NCBI GenBank assembly: GCA_038104255.1
Contig: JAYOAM010000003.1
Span: 36,024-100,023, forward strand
Source: Flavobacterium sp.
Lineage (GTDB): Bacteria; Bacteroidota; Bacteroidia; Flavobacteriales; Flavobacteriaceae
Length of the DNA: 64,000 nt
Reading direction: 5' to 3'
Shown in pieces: positions 26,901 through 35,872 of the stretch (position 1 is the first letter of the stretch; each line of letters starts with the position of its first letter). Below the pieces are notes generated by a model. The model was not told where the DNA came from and searched no databases. It worked only from the letters and a program-made list of their open reading frames with translations. The position numbers and the translations under genes were made by a program.

Positions 26901-28712
26901 TTTAATATAGGTAAGATGATTTTTACTTATGCAGGTCCTCTACCCTATGCTCCACCAATAGCAGATGCAGGTGATAATATTACTGTTATTTTACCTGAAA
27001 CTTCAACTACACTAGATGGTTCTCTAAGTAATGATCCTGAAGGAGAATCTATAACTTATACTTGGGAACAAATTTACGGTCCTTCCAATATTAGTTTTTC
27101 AGATAACTCAATAGCCTCACCTGAAATAAGTAATTTAACTGAAGGTGTATATAATATAGAATTAACGGTAAGTGATGGATTATATAATGCAACAGATGAT
27201 GTATTGGTCATTGTTTCAGAAACTGGAAATTCAGCCCCATCAATATCCATTACATCACCCAATGATGGCGCCTCTTTTGAGGAAGGGACAGCCATAAATA
27301 TAACGACTGCTGTTACAGATTTAGATGGAACAATAACACTTGTAGAATTTTTTGATGGTTCAGAAAAAATAGGAGAAGACACCACTGAACCTTTTGATTT
27401 CGAATGGTCTAATGCAGCAATAGGTGAACATCAAATTACTGCTGTTGCCACAGATGATGCCTCGGATCAAGGAACATCTCAATCTGTAACTATTTCTGTT
27501 GAAGAAGTACAATCTTGTTCTGAAATATCAAATGAAGCGCAACAAGGATCATTTTCAATAGGCTATGAAGCACTATTTGAAACCGTTGGCTCAAACGTAA
27601 CCATTTCATTCACTCTATTGGATACAGATAGAACAGGTGTTGTTGCTTATTTGTGGAGAGAATCTCCTTTTGAAGAAACTCAAATGGACCAAGTATCTGG
27701 ATTAACATTTTCAAAAACCATTTCAGGGTTCTCTCAAGGTGAAACGATTAGTTATGCATGTAAATTTGCTTTTGCAGGAGGTTTAGCGGTTACAAAGTAC
27801 ATTAGTTATGTAGTTGGAAATGATTGTTCTAATGAGAATGACACTGAAGCTCCCACTAACTTCACAGCAACTAGTGGCGCGGTCACAGCGAGAACTATTG
27901 AATTACTTTTAAATGCAACTGATGATTCAGGAACTATATCATATGAGGTAAGTTATGGTACTGAAACCTTAACAGTAACTGGAAGCTCAGGTAACGAGGA
28001 ATCTCTAATAATTAATAATTTAACACCAGACACCCTATACGAATTTAGTGTAACAGCTGCTGATTTGACTGGGAATGAAGCTGAAAATAATCCAATTGTT
28101 ATTCAGGTGAGTACAACAGAAGATGAAAATACTGAATGTTCTGGTACTGATTCTGAGGCATTACAAGGAGAATTCAGCACAGGATACAACTATAGTTTTG
28201 AAACCTCAGGAACAGATGTAATTTTCACTTTTGAACTATTAGACACAGATCGAACAGGAGTTATTGCGTATTTATGGCAAGAAAACCCATTTACAGAAAC
28301 TCCAATGACTAATACAACAGGTTTAGTTTTTACCAAAACGTTAAGTGGGTTTACTGAAGGACAAATGATCAGTTATGCCTGTAAATTTGCCTTTGCTGGT
28401 GGTTTAGCAGTCACTAAATATTTCTCTTACGAAGTTGGAAGTAATTGTAGTTCTCTAAGCACCATTGAAATGACATTGGCTAAAGGATTAAAACTCTTCC
28501 CTAATCCTAGTTCAAGCAAGTTTTCTATTTATAATTCATCACAAATTGAATTGAATAAAGTTGAAATCTACTCACTCTTAGGAAAAAAACTAAAAGAATT
28601 CAATACAAATTCTACACAATATAATATAGAAGATTTATCAAGTGGATTGTATTTAGTGAAAATATATGCTATCGAAGGGATGTTCACCATGAAAAAATTA
28701 ATTAAAGACTAA
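23931..28712 (+). CDS. T9SS-secreted multimodular GH81 endo-beta-1,3-glucanase (GH81 - Ig - CBM6 - PKD - Ig - repeat - FN3 - repeat - CTD)
   Basis: Signal peptide; PVPTNDWWS, NDHHFHWGYF, RNFSPYAGHSWANG and QESTSE (ExxxE) GH81 motifs; CBM6 (GWISSGEWLEY...TGDWDAW); PKD (ADAG...LDGSLSNDP); C-terminal LFPNPS...GLYLVKI T9SS signal. Confidence 0.88.
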   Translation: MKKHIKTYQKSIFLLFCLFSLQINAQITAVGSGSYTNSFPGTDSAGRNGYPSGTPQLSGNALNKPVPTNDWWSKLIKENHADNLFNYPMTLRTINEGLIVTHIPWGVIGDSSPIQVGLSGLNSNKATVSDHSDWTVTMNWNDGTHNLNSTSGIGMPFLYFTKGSTDVIEIKVNSGTTSISNEVLIIENASNTKDFVFYAPSGSTWTQNGNVFSSSLNGKNYWSMAMLPESTSSINSLVDQYKQFAYVFPTNTTTSWNYDESNAKVTTTFSVTTEVKEGSNTNMLLGLLPHQWNNLAANSVSPDEYIYTTVRGDLKTLNGNSFTVENTFKGILPTLPYLANYSEGFSPSDMDEKISQIENDALASWTDSYNEGQMMNRMIQTARIADQTGDIEARDKMVSTIKERLEDWLKAESGEVAFIFYYNDDWSTMIGYPAGHGQDNNINDHHFHWGYFIHAAAFMEQFEPGWSNNWGEMINLLIRDAASYDRNDQDFPFLRNFSPYAGHSWANGFATFPGGNDQESTSESMQFASSLIHWGSITENEEIRDLGIYIYTTEQTAVEEYWFDIFEQNFAASSAPFTQQYSLVSRVWGNSFDNGTFWTSDLAASYGIELYPIHGGSLYLGHHQDYAASLWNEMTSNTGILNNEENPNLWHDTYWKYLSLTDAEAAIELYDSYPNRALKFGISDAQTYHWLHSMNALGTIDTSITANHPISAAFSNNGELTYVAHNYSDNPITVTFSDNFMLDVPANQMATSRDIDANGVLSSNFYQAYPGGSVTLSLDVTGSGVTNVEFFDGTTLIGQDATAPYEIEAPNLALGIHGMYAKIYINNNFNVSNIVTIQVGDQVPYQGTSFEIPGTIEAGLYDKFEGGVGQNISYLDMSQINEGGFRPNEYVDAVSDTNEGATVGWISSGEWLEYSIDVETAGVYDLSFRYASGNSNGGGPFHFEVDGTSVSPSIEMQTTGDWDAWSTKNITNIELRQGEQVLRLFIDEGEFNIGKMIFTYAGPLPYAPPIADAGDNITVILPETSTTLDGSLSNDPEGESITYTWEQIYGPSNISFSDNSIASPEISNLTEGVYNIELTVSDGLYNATDDVLVIVSETGNSAPSISITSPNDGASFEEGTAINITTAVTDLDGTITLVEFFDGSEKIGEDTTEPFDFEWSNAAIGEHQITAVATDDASDQGTSQSVTISVEEVQSCSEISNEAQQGSFSIGYEALFETVGSNVTISFTLLDTDRTGVVAYLWRESPFEETQMDQVSGLTFSKTISGFSQGETISYACKFAFAGGLAVTKYISYVVGNDCSNENDTEAPTNFTATSGAVTARTIELLLNATDDSGTISYEVSYGTETLTVTGSSGNEESLIINNLTPDTLYEFSVTAADLTGNEAENNPIVIQVSTTEDENTECSGTDSEALQGEFSTGYNYSFETSGTDVIFTFELLDTDRTGVIAYLWQENPFTETPMTNTTGLVFTKTLSGFTEGQMISYACKFAFAGGLAVTKYFSYEVGSNCSSLSTIEMTLAKGLKLFPNPSSSKFSIYNSSQIELNKVEIYSLLGKKLKEFNTNSTQYNIEDLSSGLYLVKIYAIEGMFTMKKLIKD
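27516..28448 (+). repeat. Two diverged copies (27516-27827 and 28137-28448, 312 nt each) of a Cys-bracketed 104-aa module within the GH81 protein
   Basis: Both copies share LLDTDRTGV(V/I)AYLW and ISYACKFAFAGGLAVTKY; they are separated by an FN3-like domain. Confidence 0.9.
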
Positions 28713-28767
28713 AATCTTCAGGTAAAAGAGGTTTTTTACTAAAAAAACTTGAATCAAAATTTTATTC

Positions 28768-28800
28768 AAGCCCTTTAATATTCAAGATAAAAGGGCTTTT
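28768..28800 (+). terminator. Putative intrinsic terminator after the GH81 gene
   Basis: AAGCCCTTT...AAAGGGCTT stem followed by a short T tract. Confidence 0.6.
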
Positions 28801-28856
28801 CTATTTGGCTCTATTTTATTACTTTTGCCGAGCAAATTATTAAAACAAAAAATAAT

Positions 28857-31319
28857 ATGGAATCAATGATGATTTACATGCCAATAGCTTTGGCGCTTTT
28901 AGGACTAATCTATATGGTAGTCAAGCAAAAATGGGTAATGAAACAAGATGCTGGTGATGGAAAGATGAAAGAAATTTCAGATCACATTTATGAAGGAGCC
29001 CTAGCATTTCTTAATGCAGAATATAAACTTTTATCAATCTTTGTGTTAATTGTTAGTGTTTTACTAGCGATAGTTTCTTTTGTTGTACCAACAACGCATT
29101 GGTTAATCGTAATTGCTTTTATTTTTGGAGCTATATTTTCAGCTTATGCTGGGAATATTGGAATGAAAATCGCTACAAAAACTAACGTAAGAACTACACA
29201 AGCTGCAAGAACTAGTTTACCAAATGCACTTAAAATTTCTTTTGGTGGAGGTACGGTAATGGGATTAGGTGTTGCTGGTTTAGCTGTTTTAGGTTTAACT
29301 GGTTTCTTTATTTTATTCTATAATTATTTTATGGGTGGGTCTGAAGGAGCTTTCTCTGTTGACCAAATGACTATTGTTCTAGAAACACTTGCCGGATTCT
29401 CTTTAGGAGCTGAATCTATTGCATTGTTTGCTCGTGTAGGTGGAGGAATTTATACAAAAGCTGCTGATGTAGGTGCTGACCTTGTTGGAAAAGTTGAAGC
29501 AGGAATTCCTGAAGATGATCCTCGTAATCCAGCAACTATTGCAGATAATGTAGGTGATAATGTAGGTGATGTTGCAGGAATGGGAGCTGATTTATTTGGT
29601 TCTTATGTAGCTACAGTATTAGCTGCAATGGTACTAGGTAACTATGTGATTAAAGATATGGGTGGAAGCATTTCAGATGCTTTTGGAGGAATAGGACCTA
29701 TCTTATTACCAATGGCTATTGCAGGTGCAGGTATTATCATTTCTATCATAGGAACAATGCTTGTAAAAATTAGCGATAATGAAGCAAAAGAAGCTCAAGT
29801 AATGGGTGCTTTAAATATAGGTAACTGGACTTCAATTGGACTTGTTGCCGCCTCATGTTATGCATTGTGTATGTATATGCTACCAGAGACTATGAATATG
29901 GAATTTTTTGGAGAGGGATTAAAAGAAGTCTCTAGAATGAGTGTATTCTTTGCCACTTTAGTTGGTTTGGTTGTTGGTGCTGTCATTTCTTCAGTTACTG
30001 AATATTATACAGGATTAGGGAAATCTCCAATTTTAAAAATTGTACAACAATCTAGTACTGGAGCTGGTACAAATATCATTGCTGGTTTAGCTACCGGTAT
30101 GATTTCTACCTTTCCTTCAGTAATTTTATTTGCAGGTGCCATTTGGGCGTCTTATTTCTTTGCAGGATTTTATGGTGTGGCTCTAGCAGCCTCTGCTATG
30201 ATGGCTACAACAGCTATGCAATTAGCAATCGATGCTTTTGGACCTATTTCAGATAATGCAGGTGGTATAGCAGAAATGAGTGAACAAGAACCAATTGTTA
30301 GAGAGCGTACAGATATATTAGATTCAGTAGGTAATACAACAGCTGCAACAGGTAAAGGATTTGCTATTGCTTCTGCTGCATTGACATCATTGGCTCTATT
30401 TGCTGCTTATGTAACATTTACTGGAATTGACGGAATTAATATTTTTAAAGCTCCTGTATTAGCCATGTTATTTGTGGGTGGTATGGTACCAGTAGTATTC
30501 TCTGCATTGGCAATGAATGCTGTAGGTAAAGCTGCAATGGAAATGGTACATGAAGTACGTCGTCAGTTTAAAGATATTCCTGGAATTATGGAAGGTACTG
30601 GAAAGCCAGAATATGATAAATGTGTTGCTATTTCTACACAAGCTTCTCTAAAAGAAATGATGTTGCCTGGATTATTAACGATCGGTTTCCCTCTAGTGAT
30701 TGCTTTTGTTCCCATGCTTTTTGGGATGGACAATTTAGCAATTGCTGAAATGTTAGGAGGTTACATGGCCGGAGTTACCGTTAGTGGTGTATTATGGGCT
30801 ATTTTCCAAAACAATGCCGGAGGTGCTTGGGACAATGCTAAAAAGTCTTTTGAAGCAGGTGTTGAAATTAATGGAGAAATGACCTACAAAGGGTCTGAGG
30901 CACACAAAGCAGCAGTAACTGGAGATACAGTTGGAGACCCATTTAAAGACACATCTGGACCATCTATGAATATTCTAATTAAACTCACTTGTTTAATTGG
31001 ATTAGTTGTAGCTCCTATCTTAGGAGGACATGCTGTTGAAAAACATGCAAATAAGGAAGTAAATAAAGAACTTCATTTAGAAGTATCTGTGGATGCAGAT
31101 GCTAACGAAATGGCTACAGCTACTATTACTACTACCTATGTAGTTGATGGTGTAGAATCTACTAAAGATGAAATTATTGAAGGAACTTTAGAAGAAGTTG
31201 AAAAGAAAATTGAAGCTTTAAAAGGTGAAGGTGTTCACGGAAAATCTCACTTTAAAATTGATACTTCTAAAGGAGAAACCAAGAAAATGGTAAAAATTCA
31301 AGTAAAAAAAGAAAGCTAA
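28857..31319 (+). CDS. hppA: Membrane-bound sodium-translocating pyrophosphatase (K+-dependent type)
   Basis: [56 protein letters not shown] (Ala at the K+-dependence determinant) and [14 protein letters not shown]. Confidence 0.95.
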   Translation: MESMMIYMPIALALLGLIYMVVKQKWVMKQDAGDGKMKEISDHIYEGALAFLNAEYKLLSIFVLIVSVLLAIVSFVVPTTHWLIVIAFIFGAIFSAYAGNIGMKIATKTNVRTTQAARTSLPNALKISFGGGTVMGLGVAGLAVLGLTGFFILFYNYFMGGSEGAFSVDQMTIVLETLAGFSLGAESIALFARVGGGIYTKAADVGADLVGKVEAGIPEDDPRNPATIADNVGDNVGDVAGMGADLFGSYVATVLAAMVLGNYVIKDMGGSISDAFGGIGPILLPMAIAGAGIIISIIGTMLVKISDNEAKEAQVMGALNIGNWTSIGLVAASCYALCMYMLPETMNMEFFGEGLKEVSRMSVFFATLVGLVVGAVISSVTEYYTGLGKSPILKIVQQSSTGAGTNIIAGLATGMISTFPSVILFAGAIWASYFFAGFYGVALAASAMMATTAMQLAIDAFGPISDNAGGIAEMSEQEPIVRERTDILDSVGNTTAATGKGFAIASAALTSLALFAAYVTFTGIDGINIFKAPVLAMLFVGGMVPVVFSALAMNAVGKAAMEMVHEVRRQFKDIPGIMEGTGKPEYDKCVAISTQASLKEMMLPGLLTIGFPLVIAFVPMLFGMDNLAIAEMLGGYMAGVTVSGVLWAIFQNNAGGAWDNAKKSFEAGVEINGEMTYKGSEAHKAAVTGDTVGDPFKDTSGPSMNILIKLTCLIGLVVAPILGGHAVEKHANKEVNKELHLEVSVDADANEMATATITTTYVVDGVESTKDEIIEGTLEEVEKKIEALKGEGVHGKSHFKIDTSKGETKKMVKIQVKKES

Positions 31320-31341
31320 ATTTCTAGTTTTTTACGCATAT

Positions 31342-31371
31342 AAAAAAAGCACCTTATAGGGTGCTTTTTTT
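31342..31371. terminator. Bidirectional intrinsic terminator after hppA
   Basis: AAAAAAAGCACC-ttatag-GGTGCTTTTTTT. Confidence 0.88.
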
Positions 31372-31537
31372 ATATAGTTTATTTTTATTATTTTAGTTGT
31401 GTGTAAGTATTAACCCCTCATTCTATCAACTATTTAATACCTCATTTACCTAATACATTACCCTTTCTCTTGTCAATTGTATTGATATAGTAAACCGAGG
31501 TCTTATTTAATTGATAGTATAATAAACATCAATTAAA

Positions 31538-32377
31538 ATGAATACAATTACCCTCCCAGATGAATTAGCTATTAATTCTGCGCTATCTCTTAAAATATAC
31601 AATTATAAGACGACCGAAGAAATATCTAAACAACAAGTTTTACTTAACAAAAATACATTTAGCTTTTTACAAGAAGGTACAAAAAAAGTTTTCTTCGACG
31701 ATTCAACTTTTACTATAAACAATGACCAATTTCTATTAATGAAGTCTGGGAATTGCCTGATGACAGAAAAGCTTTCCCATGTGAAAGAATATTACAGGAG
31801 TATTCTTTTATTTTTTTCAAATGAAGATGTATTAAAATTCATTAGAAAACATGAATTAACTCCCCCAAAATCAAAAACCTACTACTCAACATATTCATTT
31901 AATTATGATTCATTTATTAAAAAATTTGCAGAGAGTCTCTTAGACCTTTCAGAACACCCTAAAGAATTTCAGTCTCGTATCTTATATGCAAAATTTGAAG
32001 AAATAATGCTATACTTGATAGAAATTAGAGGGGTTGATTTTTTATATTCAATTATAAACAGTAATATAAATCATAACCAAAAATTTATTCAAACTATTGA
32101 AAGTAATCATCTAAATAAATTAACGATTAAAGAACTTTCTTTTTTATGCAATATGAGTGAGTCTAAGTTTAAGCGAGAATTTAAAAAATATTTTAAAAGT
32201 TCACCTAGTAAGTGGTTTCAAGAAAAAAGATTAAAACATGCTGCTTTTCTCCTTCAAAATAAAGCCACACGACCTTCAGATATTTTTTTAGAGGTGGGAT
32301 ATGAAACTCTTTCAAATTTTATTCAAGCATTTAAAACGAGATTCGGTCAAACTCCAAAACAATACCAATCAAATTGA
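31538..32377 (+). CDS. AraC family transcriptional regulator (ExsA-type N-terminal domain)
   Basis: C-terminal double HTH (LSFLCNMSESKFKREFKK...VGYETLSNFIQAFKTRFGQTP); N-terminal cupin-like region. Confidence 0.92.
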   Translation: MNTITLPDELAINSALSLKIYNYKTTEEISKQQVLLNKNTFSFLQEGTKKVFFDDSTFTINNDQFLLMKSGNCLMTEKLSHVKEYYRSILLFFSNEDVLKFIRKHELTPPKSKTYYSTYSFNYDSFIKKFAESLLDLSEHPKEFQSRILYAKFEEIMLYLIEIRGVDFLYSIINSNINHNQKFIQTIESNHLNKLTIKELSFLCNMSESKFKREFKKYFKSSPSKWFQEKRLKHAAFLLQNKATRPSDIFLEVGYETLSNFIQAFKTRFGQTPKQYQSN

Positions 32378-32441
32378 CCTTTTATCAATACTTTTTGAAC
32401 CAAATTAAATACAATTCAAAAGTAATGAGTGCTTAAGTTTG
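32374..32441 (+). promoter_or_regulatory. Putative AraC-type direct-repeat operator (TTGACC-N15-TTGAAC, 21-bp period) plus -7 element TAAGTTTG
   Basis: TTGACC at 32374, TTGAAC at 32395, consensus -7 at 32434-32441 with no properly spaced -33, a layout typical of an activator-dependent promoter. Confidence 0.55.
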
Positions 32442-32581
32442 CTTTCAAATTAAGATTAACAATCAAGTTGTCGCTGTTGTCTTTCTATTGAATATTACAT
32501 TCTTTAGAGTAAACTTGCCGAAACCTATGATAAAAGATTTAGTTTAAACTATTAAAATTTTATCCCCTGAGATTAGTTTTC

Positions 32582-32616
32582 AAAAAGCATAAGAATACAT
32601 TCTTGTGCTTTTTTTT
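32582..32616 (+). terminator. Intrinsic terminator closing the AraC-downstream unit
   Basis: AAAAAGCATAAGAA-tac-aTTCTTGTGCTTTTTTTT (one G-U pair). Confidence 0.8.
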
Positions 32617-32713
32617 ATGAATGAATTTATTTTCGATTTAATTCGAATTGAGAGTTTATTATTTTTATTAAATTTGGTAGGCTATTACTTTAATTTATTT
32701 AATCTCAACTTAC

Positions 32714-35700
32714 ATGAAAAAAACAAGTTTTTCCTTTCTATTTATTCTTATAATCTCAACAACTTTTGCACAATCTATTGATTCTATATTTTCTTCAGTA
32801 AAATACAGAAATATTGGTCCTTTTAGAGGTGGAAGATCTGTTGCTGCATCAGGTGTGGTAGGAGATCCTATGACTTACTACATGGGTAATACAGGTGGAG
32901 GATTATGGAAAACAGAAGACGGAGGTCAACTTTGGAAAAATATTTCTGATGGTTATTTTAAGACGAGTTCAATTGGTGCAATTGCTGTCTCAGAAAGTGA
33001 TTCAAATATTGTATATGTGGGTATGGGTGAACATGCACCTAGAGCGGTGATGACATCATATGGAAATGGTGTTTACAAATCTACTGATGCTGGAAAAACT
33101 TGGAAAAATATAGGTTTGGAAAATACCCAGCACATCTCTAGAGTAGTCATTCATCCAAAAAATCCAAATATTGTTTTTGTAGCTGCTCAAGGAGCACTGT
33201 ATGGTCCAAATAAAGAACGAGGAGTTTTTAAATCAATTGACGGTGGTAAAACCTGGAATAACGTACTTTATGTAAATGATTTAACAGGTTGTTCAGAATT
33301 GTCAATGGATTATAACAACCCACTAGTGATGTATGCAGCCATGTGGGAGCATCAAAGATTACCATGGAAAGTTATTAGTGGAGGCCCCGGAAGTGGTCTC
33401 TATAAAACAATAGATGGAGGAATCACATGGAATCAGATTCATAATGGTTTACCCAAAGAAAAGGGTAAAATGGCCATAGCCGTTAGTCGTTCAAATTCAG
33501 AAAAAGTATATGCTTTGGTTGAGAGTGATTCCAACAAAGAATTGGGAGGATTATTTGCTTCCAGTAACGGAGGTGAAAAATGGTCAAAAATATCATCTGA
33601 TCATAGTTTAATTCAAAGAGCTTGGTATTATATTGAATTATTTATAGACCCAACAGATGAAGAAAAATTATATGTATTAAATGCAAGCGCACAACGCTCT
33701 ATTGATGGTGGAAGAACTTGGTCAAGAATTAGTGGTACACATGGAGATCATCATGATCTTTGGATCAATCCAGCAAATAATAAAAATATGATTATTGCCA
33801 ATGATGGAGGTGCTGCAGTATCTTACAATTACGGAAAGTCATGGTCTCCACAAAATCGAATGGCTACAGCTCAATTTTACAGAATTAATACAGATAATCT
33901 ATTTCCTTACAATATTTATGGCGGACAACAAGATAATTCTTCAGTAAAAATAAGCAGTTTGGCATTGGGAAGTAGAGGTATAAGTGAACAAAATTGGTCA
34001 GCATCTGCAGGAGGTGAAAGTGCTTTTTTAGCCTTTAACCCTGACAATCCAAGATATGTAATGGGTGGAAGTTATTTGGGAACAATTGAAATTCTGGATA
34101 CAGAAGCTAAAGCAAGTACTCAAATTATGGCAGCTCCTATCCAATATTTAGGCAGAGATTCTAAAGATATGAAATACCGATACAATTGGAATGCTCCAAT
34201 TATTTGGTCTCAACATGAAGAAAATACTTTTTATCATGGTGCACAATTATTACTAAAAACTACAGATAATGGTAAAAATTGGTCAGAAATCTCTCCCGAT
34301 TTATCAAAAAACGAAAAAGAAAAACAAGGGAAAGGTGGTGGACCTTATACTAATGAAGCAGTGGGTGCAGAAAATTACGGTACTTTATCCTATGTAATTG
34401 AGTCTACTCACGAACCAGGAGTTATATGGGCTGCAACAGATGATGGTGTATTGCAAATCACCAAAAATGGTGGAAAAGAATGGATCAATATAACACCTAA
34501 AAAATTAGCTGAAACATTAATCAATTCAGTAGAAGTATCTCCACATGATAAAGGGACAGCATACATTGCAACCACTCGTTATAAATTTAACGACTACACC
34601 CCTGCCATTTACAAAACCACAAATTATGGAAAAACTTGGACTAACATTTCTACGGGTATTCCATACGGTGCTTATACAAGAGTGGTGAGAGAGGATACTC
34701 AAAGGAAAGACCTACTTTTTGCCGGAACTGAATTAGGGATGTATATTTCATGGAATGGAGGTAAAAAATGGGAATCCTTCCAATTAAATTTGCCAATAAC
34801 ACCTATTACAGATTTAAAAATAAGTCACGATGATTTAACTATAGCCACCATGGGGCGATCTTTTTGGATATTAGATGACCTAGGGCTACTTAGACAGTTT
34901 CAAGGAAGTAAAACAAATTTTAATTTACTTAGACCTGAAGATGCTATTATAGGAAACTGGGGAAGTCAATTAAATTACTCGTCTGCTAACTTTTCAGGTT
35001 CTGACGATTCAGCGGGGGTAAATCCTGCTAACGGAATTGTATTTTATTATTTCATACCTGATCATCTAAAAAATAAAGAGTTGGCTCTAGAAATATTTGA
35101 TAAAGATGGAAATTTGGTAAGAACCATTAGCTCTAAAGCAAACCCAAATTACCAAAGGTATCCTGGTGGACCCTCTCCAGAACCAATCTTATCAAATAAA
35201 GCTGGTCTTAATCGATTTGTTTGGGACATGAGATATCAAAGCCTACCAGGAATACCAACTGCTTATATAGAGGGATCTTACAGAGGGCATAAAGCTATGC
35301 CTAATTTGTATTCAGCTTCATTAAAGTTGGAAAATAAAACAGCTGAAGTTTCATTCAAAATATTACCCAATCCTCTTTATGATATTACCAAAGAAGAATA
35401 TTTAGAAATTCATCAATTTAAATTAATTACTGAGGCAAATCTCAGAGACATGCACAACAGAGTTAATCAATTGAAAAAAATTCAAGAACAATTGATTAAG
35501 GTTATCAAGGAATTCCCTCAGGAAGAAAAATATATGGCTATAAAAACTAAAGGAAAGACCATAATTCAACAACTAAAATCTTGGGATGAAGATATGGTTC
35601 AACGAAAGTCTAAGGCTTATGACGATGTGGAAAATTTTCCAAATAAATTTACTGCTGAATACATCTTTCTTATGAATCAGAATGACAGTAGTATCCCTAA

Positions 35701-35851
35701 ATTAAATTCAGCATCAAAAAATAGACTTGATGAATTAAATAAAGAATGGATGATTTTAAAAAGTAAATCAGATGAATTGATAGAAACCATCATTCCAGAT
35801 TATAACAAATTACTTTGGGATTTTGGAATTGGTGCTTTGAATGTAAAATAA
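32714..35851 (+). CDS. VPS10/sortilin-like BNR-repeat beta-propeller protein ('glycosyl hydrolase'), paralog 1
   Basis: Signal peptide; [12 protein letters not shown], many SxDGGxTW BNR boxes, HGDHHD, GGQQDNS and RYNWNAP; FlgD-Ig-like domain and helical tail; own promoter TAAATTTG at 32669-32676. Confidence 0.85.
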   Translation: MKKTSFSFLFILIISTTFAQSIDSIFSSVKYRNIGPFRGGRSVAASGVVGDPMTYYMGNTGGGLWKTEDGGQLWKNISDGYFKTSSIGAIAVSESDSNIVYVGMGEHAPRAVMTSYGNGVYKSTDAGKTWKNIGLENTQHISRVVIHPKNPNIVFVAAQGALYGPNKERGVFKSIDGGKTWNNVLYVNDLTGCSELSMDYNNPLVMYAAMWEHQRLPWKVISGGPGSGLYKTIDGGITWNQIHNGLPKEKGKMAIAVSRSNSEKVYALVESDSNKELGGLFASSNGGEKWSKISSDHSLIQRAWYYIELFIDPTDEEKLYVLNASAQRSIDGGRTWSRISGTHGDHHDLWINPANNKNMIIANDGGAAVSYNYGKSWSPQNRMATAQFYRINTDNLFPYNIYGGQQDNSSVKISSLALGSRGISEQNWSASAGGESAFLAFNPDNPRYVMGGSYLGTIEILDTEAKASTQIMAAPIQYLGRDSKDMKYRYNWNAPIIWSQHEENTFYHGAQLLLKTTDNGKNWSEISPDLSKNEKEKQGKGGGPYTNEAVGAENYGTLSYVIESTHEPGVIWAATDDGVLQITKNGGKEWINITPKKLAETLINSVEVSPHDKGTAYIATTRYKFNDYTPAIYKTTNYGKTWTNISTGIPYGAYTRVVREDTQRKDLLFAGTELGMYISWNGGKKWESFQLNLPITPITDLKISHDDLTIATMGRSFWILDDLGLLRQFQGSKTNFNLLRPEDAIIGNWGSQLNYSSANFSGSDDSAGVNPANGIVFYYFIPDHLKNKELALEIFDKDGNLVRTISSKANPNYQRYPGGPSPEPILSNKAGLNRFVWDMRYQSLPGIPTAYIEGSYRGHKAMPNLYSASLKLENKTAEVSFKILPNPLYDITKEEYLEIHQFKLITEANLRDMHNRVNQLKKIQEQLIKVIKEFPQEEKYMAIKTKGKTIIQQLKSWDEDMVQRKSKAYDDVENFPNKFTAEYIFLMNQNDSSIPKLNSASKNRLDELNKEWMILKSKSDELIETIIPDYNKLLWDFGIGALNVK

Positions 35852-35872
35852 CAACTATTTTTTATTGAATTA

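Noticed and set aside
27074-27385. 103-aa antisense ORF in the GH81 gene (also 53390-53710 in dnaE and 58305-58616 in the M12B gene)
   Set aside because: Same-register antisense shadows (Ser/Pro/Val-rich) caused by codon bias in the sense gene; no independent signals.
31372-31537. Short inverted CTATCAA/TTGATAG pair and a possible gene remnant upstream of the AraC gene
   Set aside because: Only 7 bp in AT-rich DNA, no transposase and no convincing reading frame; cannot be supported as a MITE or pseudogene.
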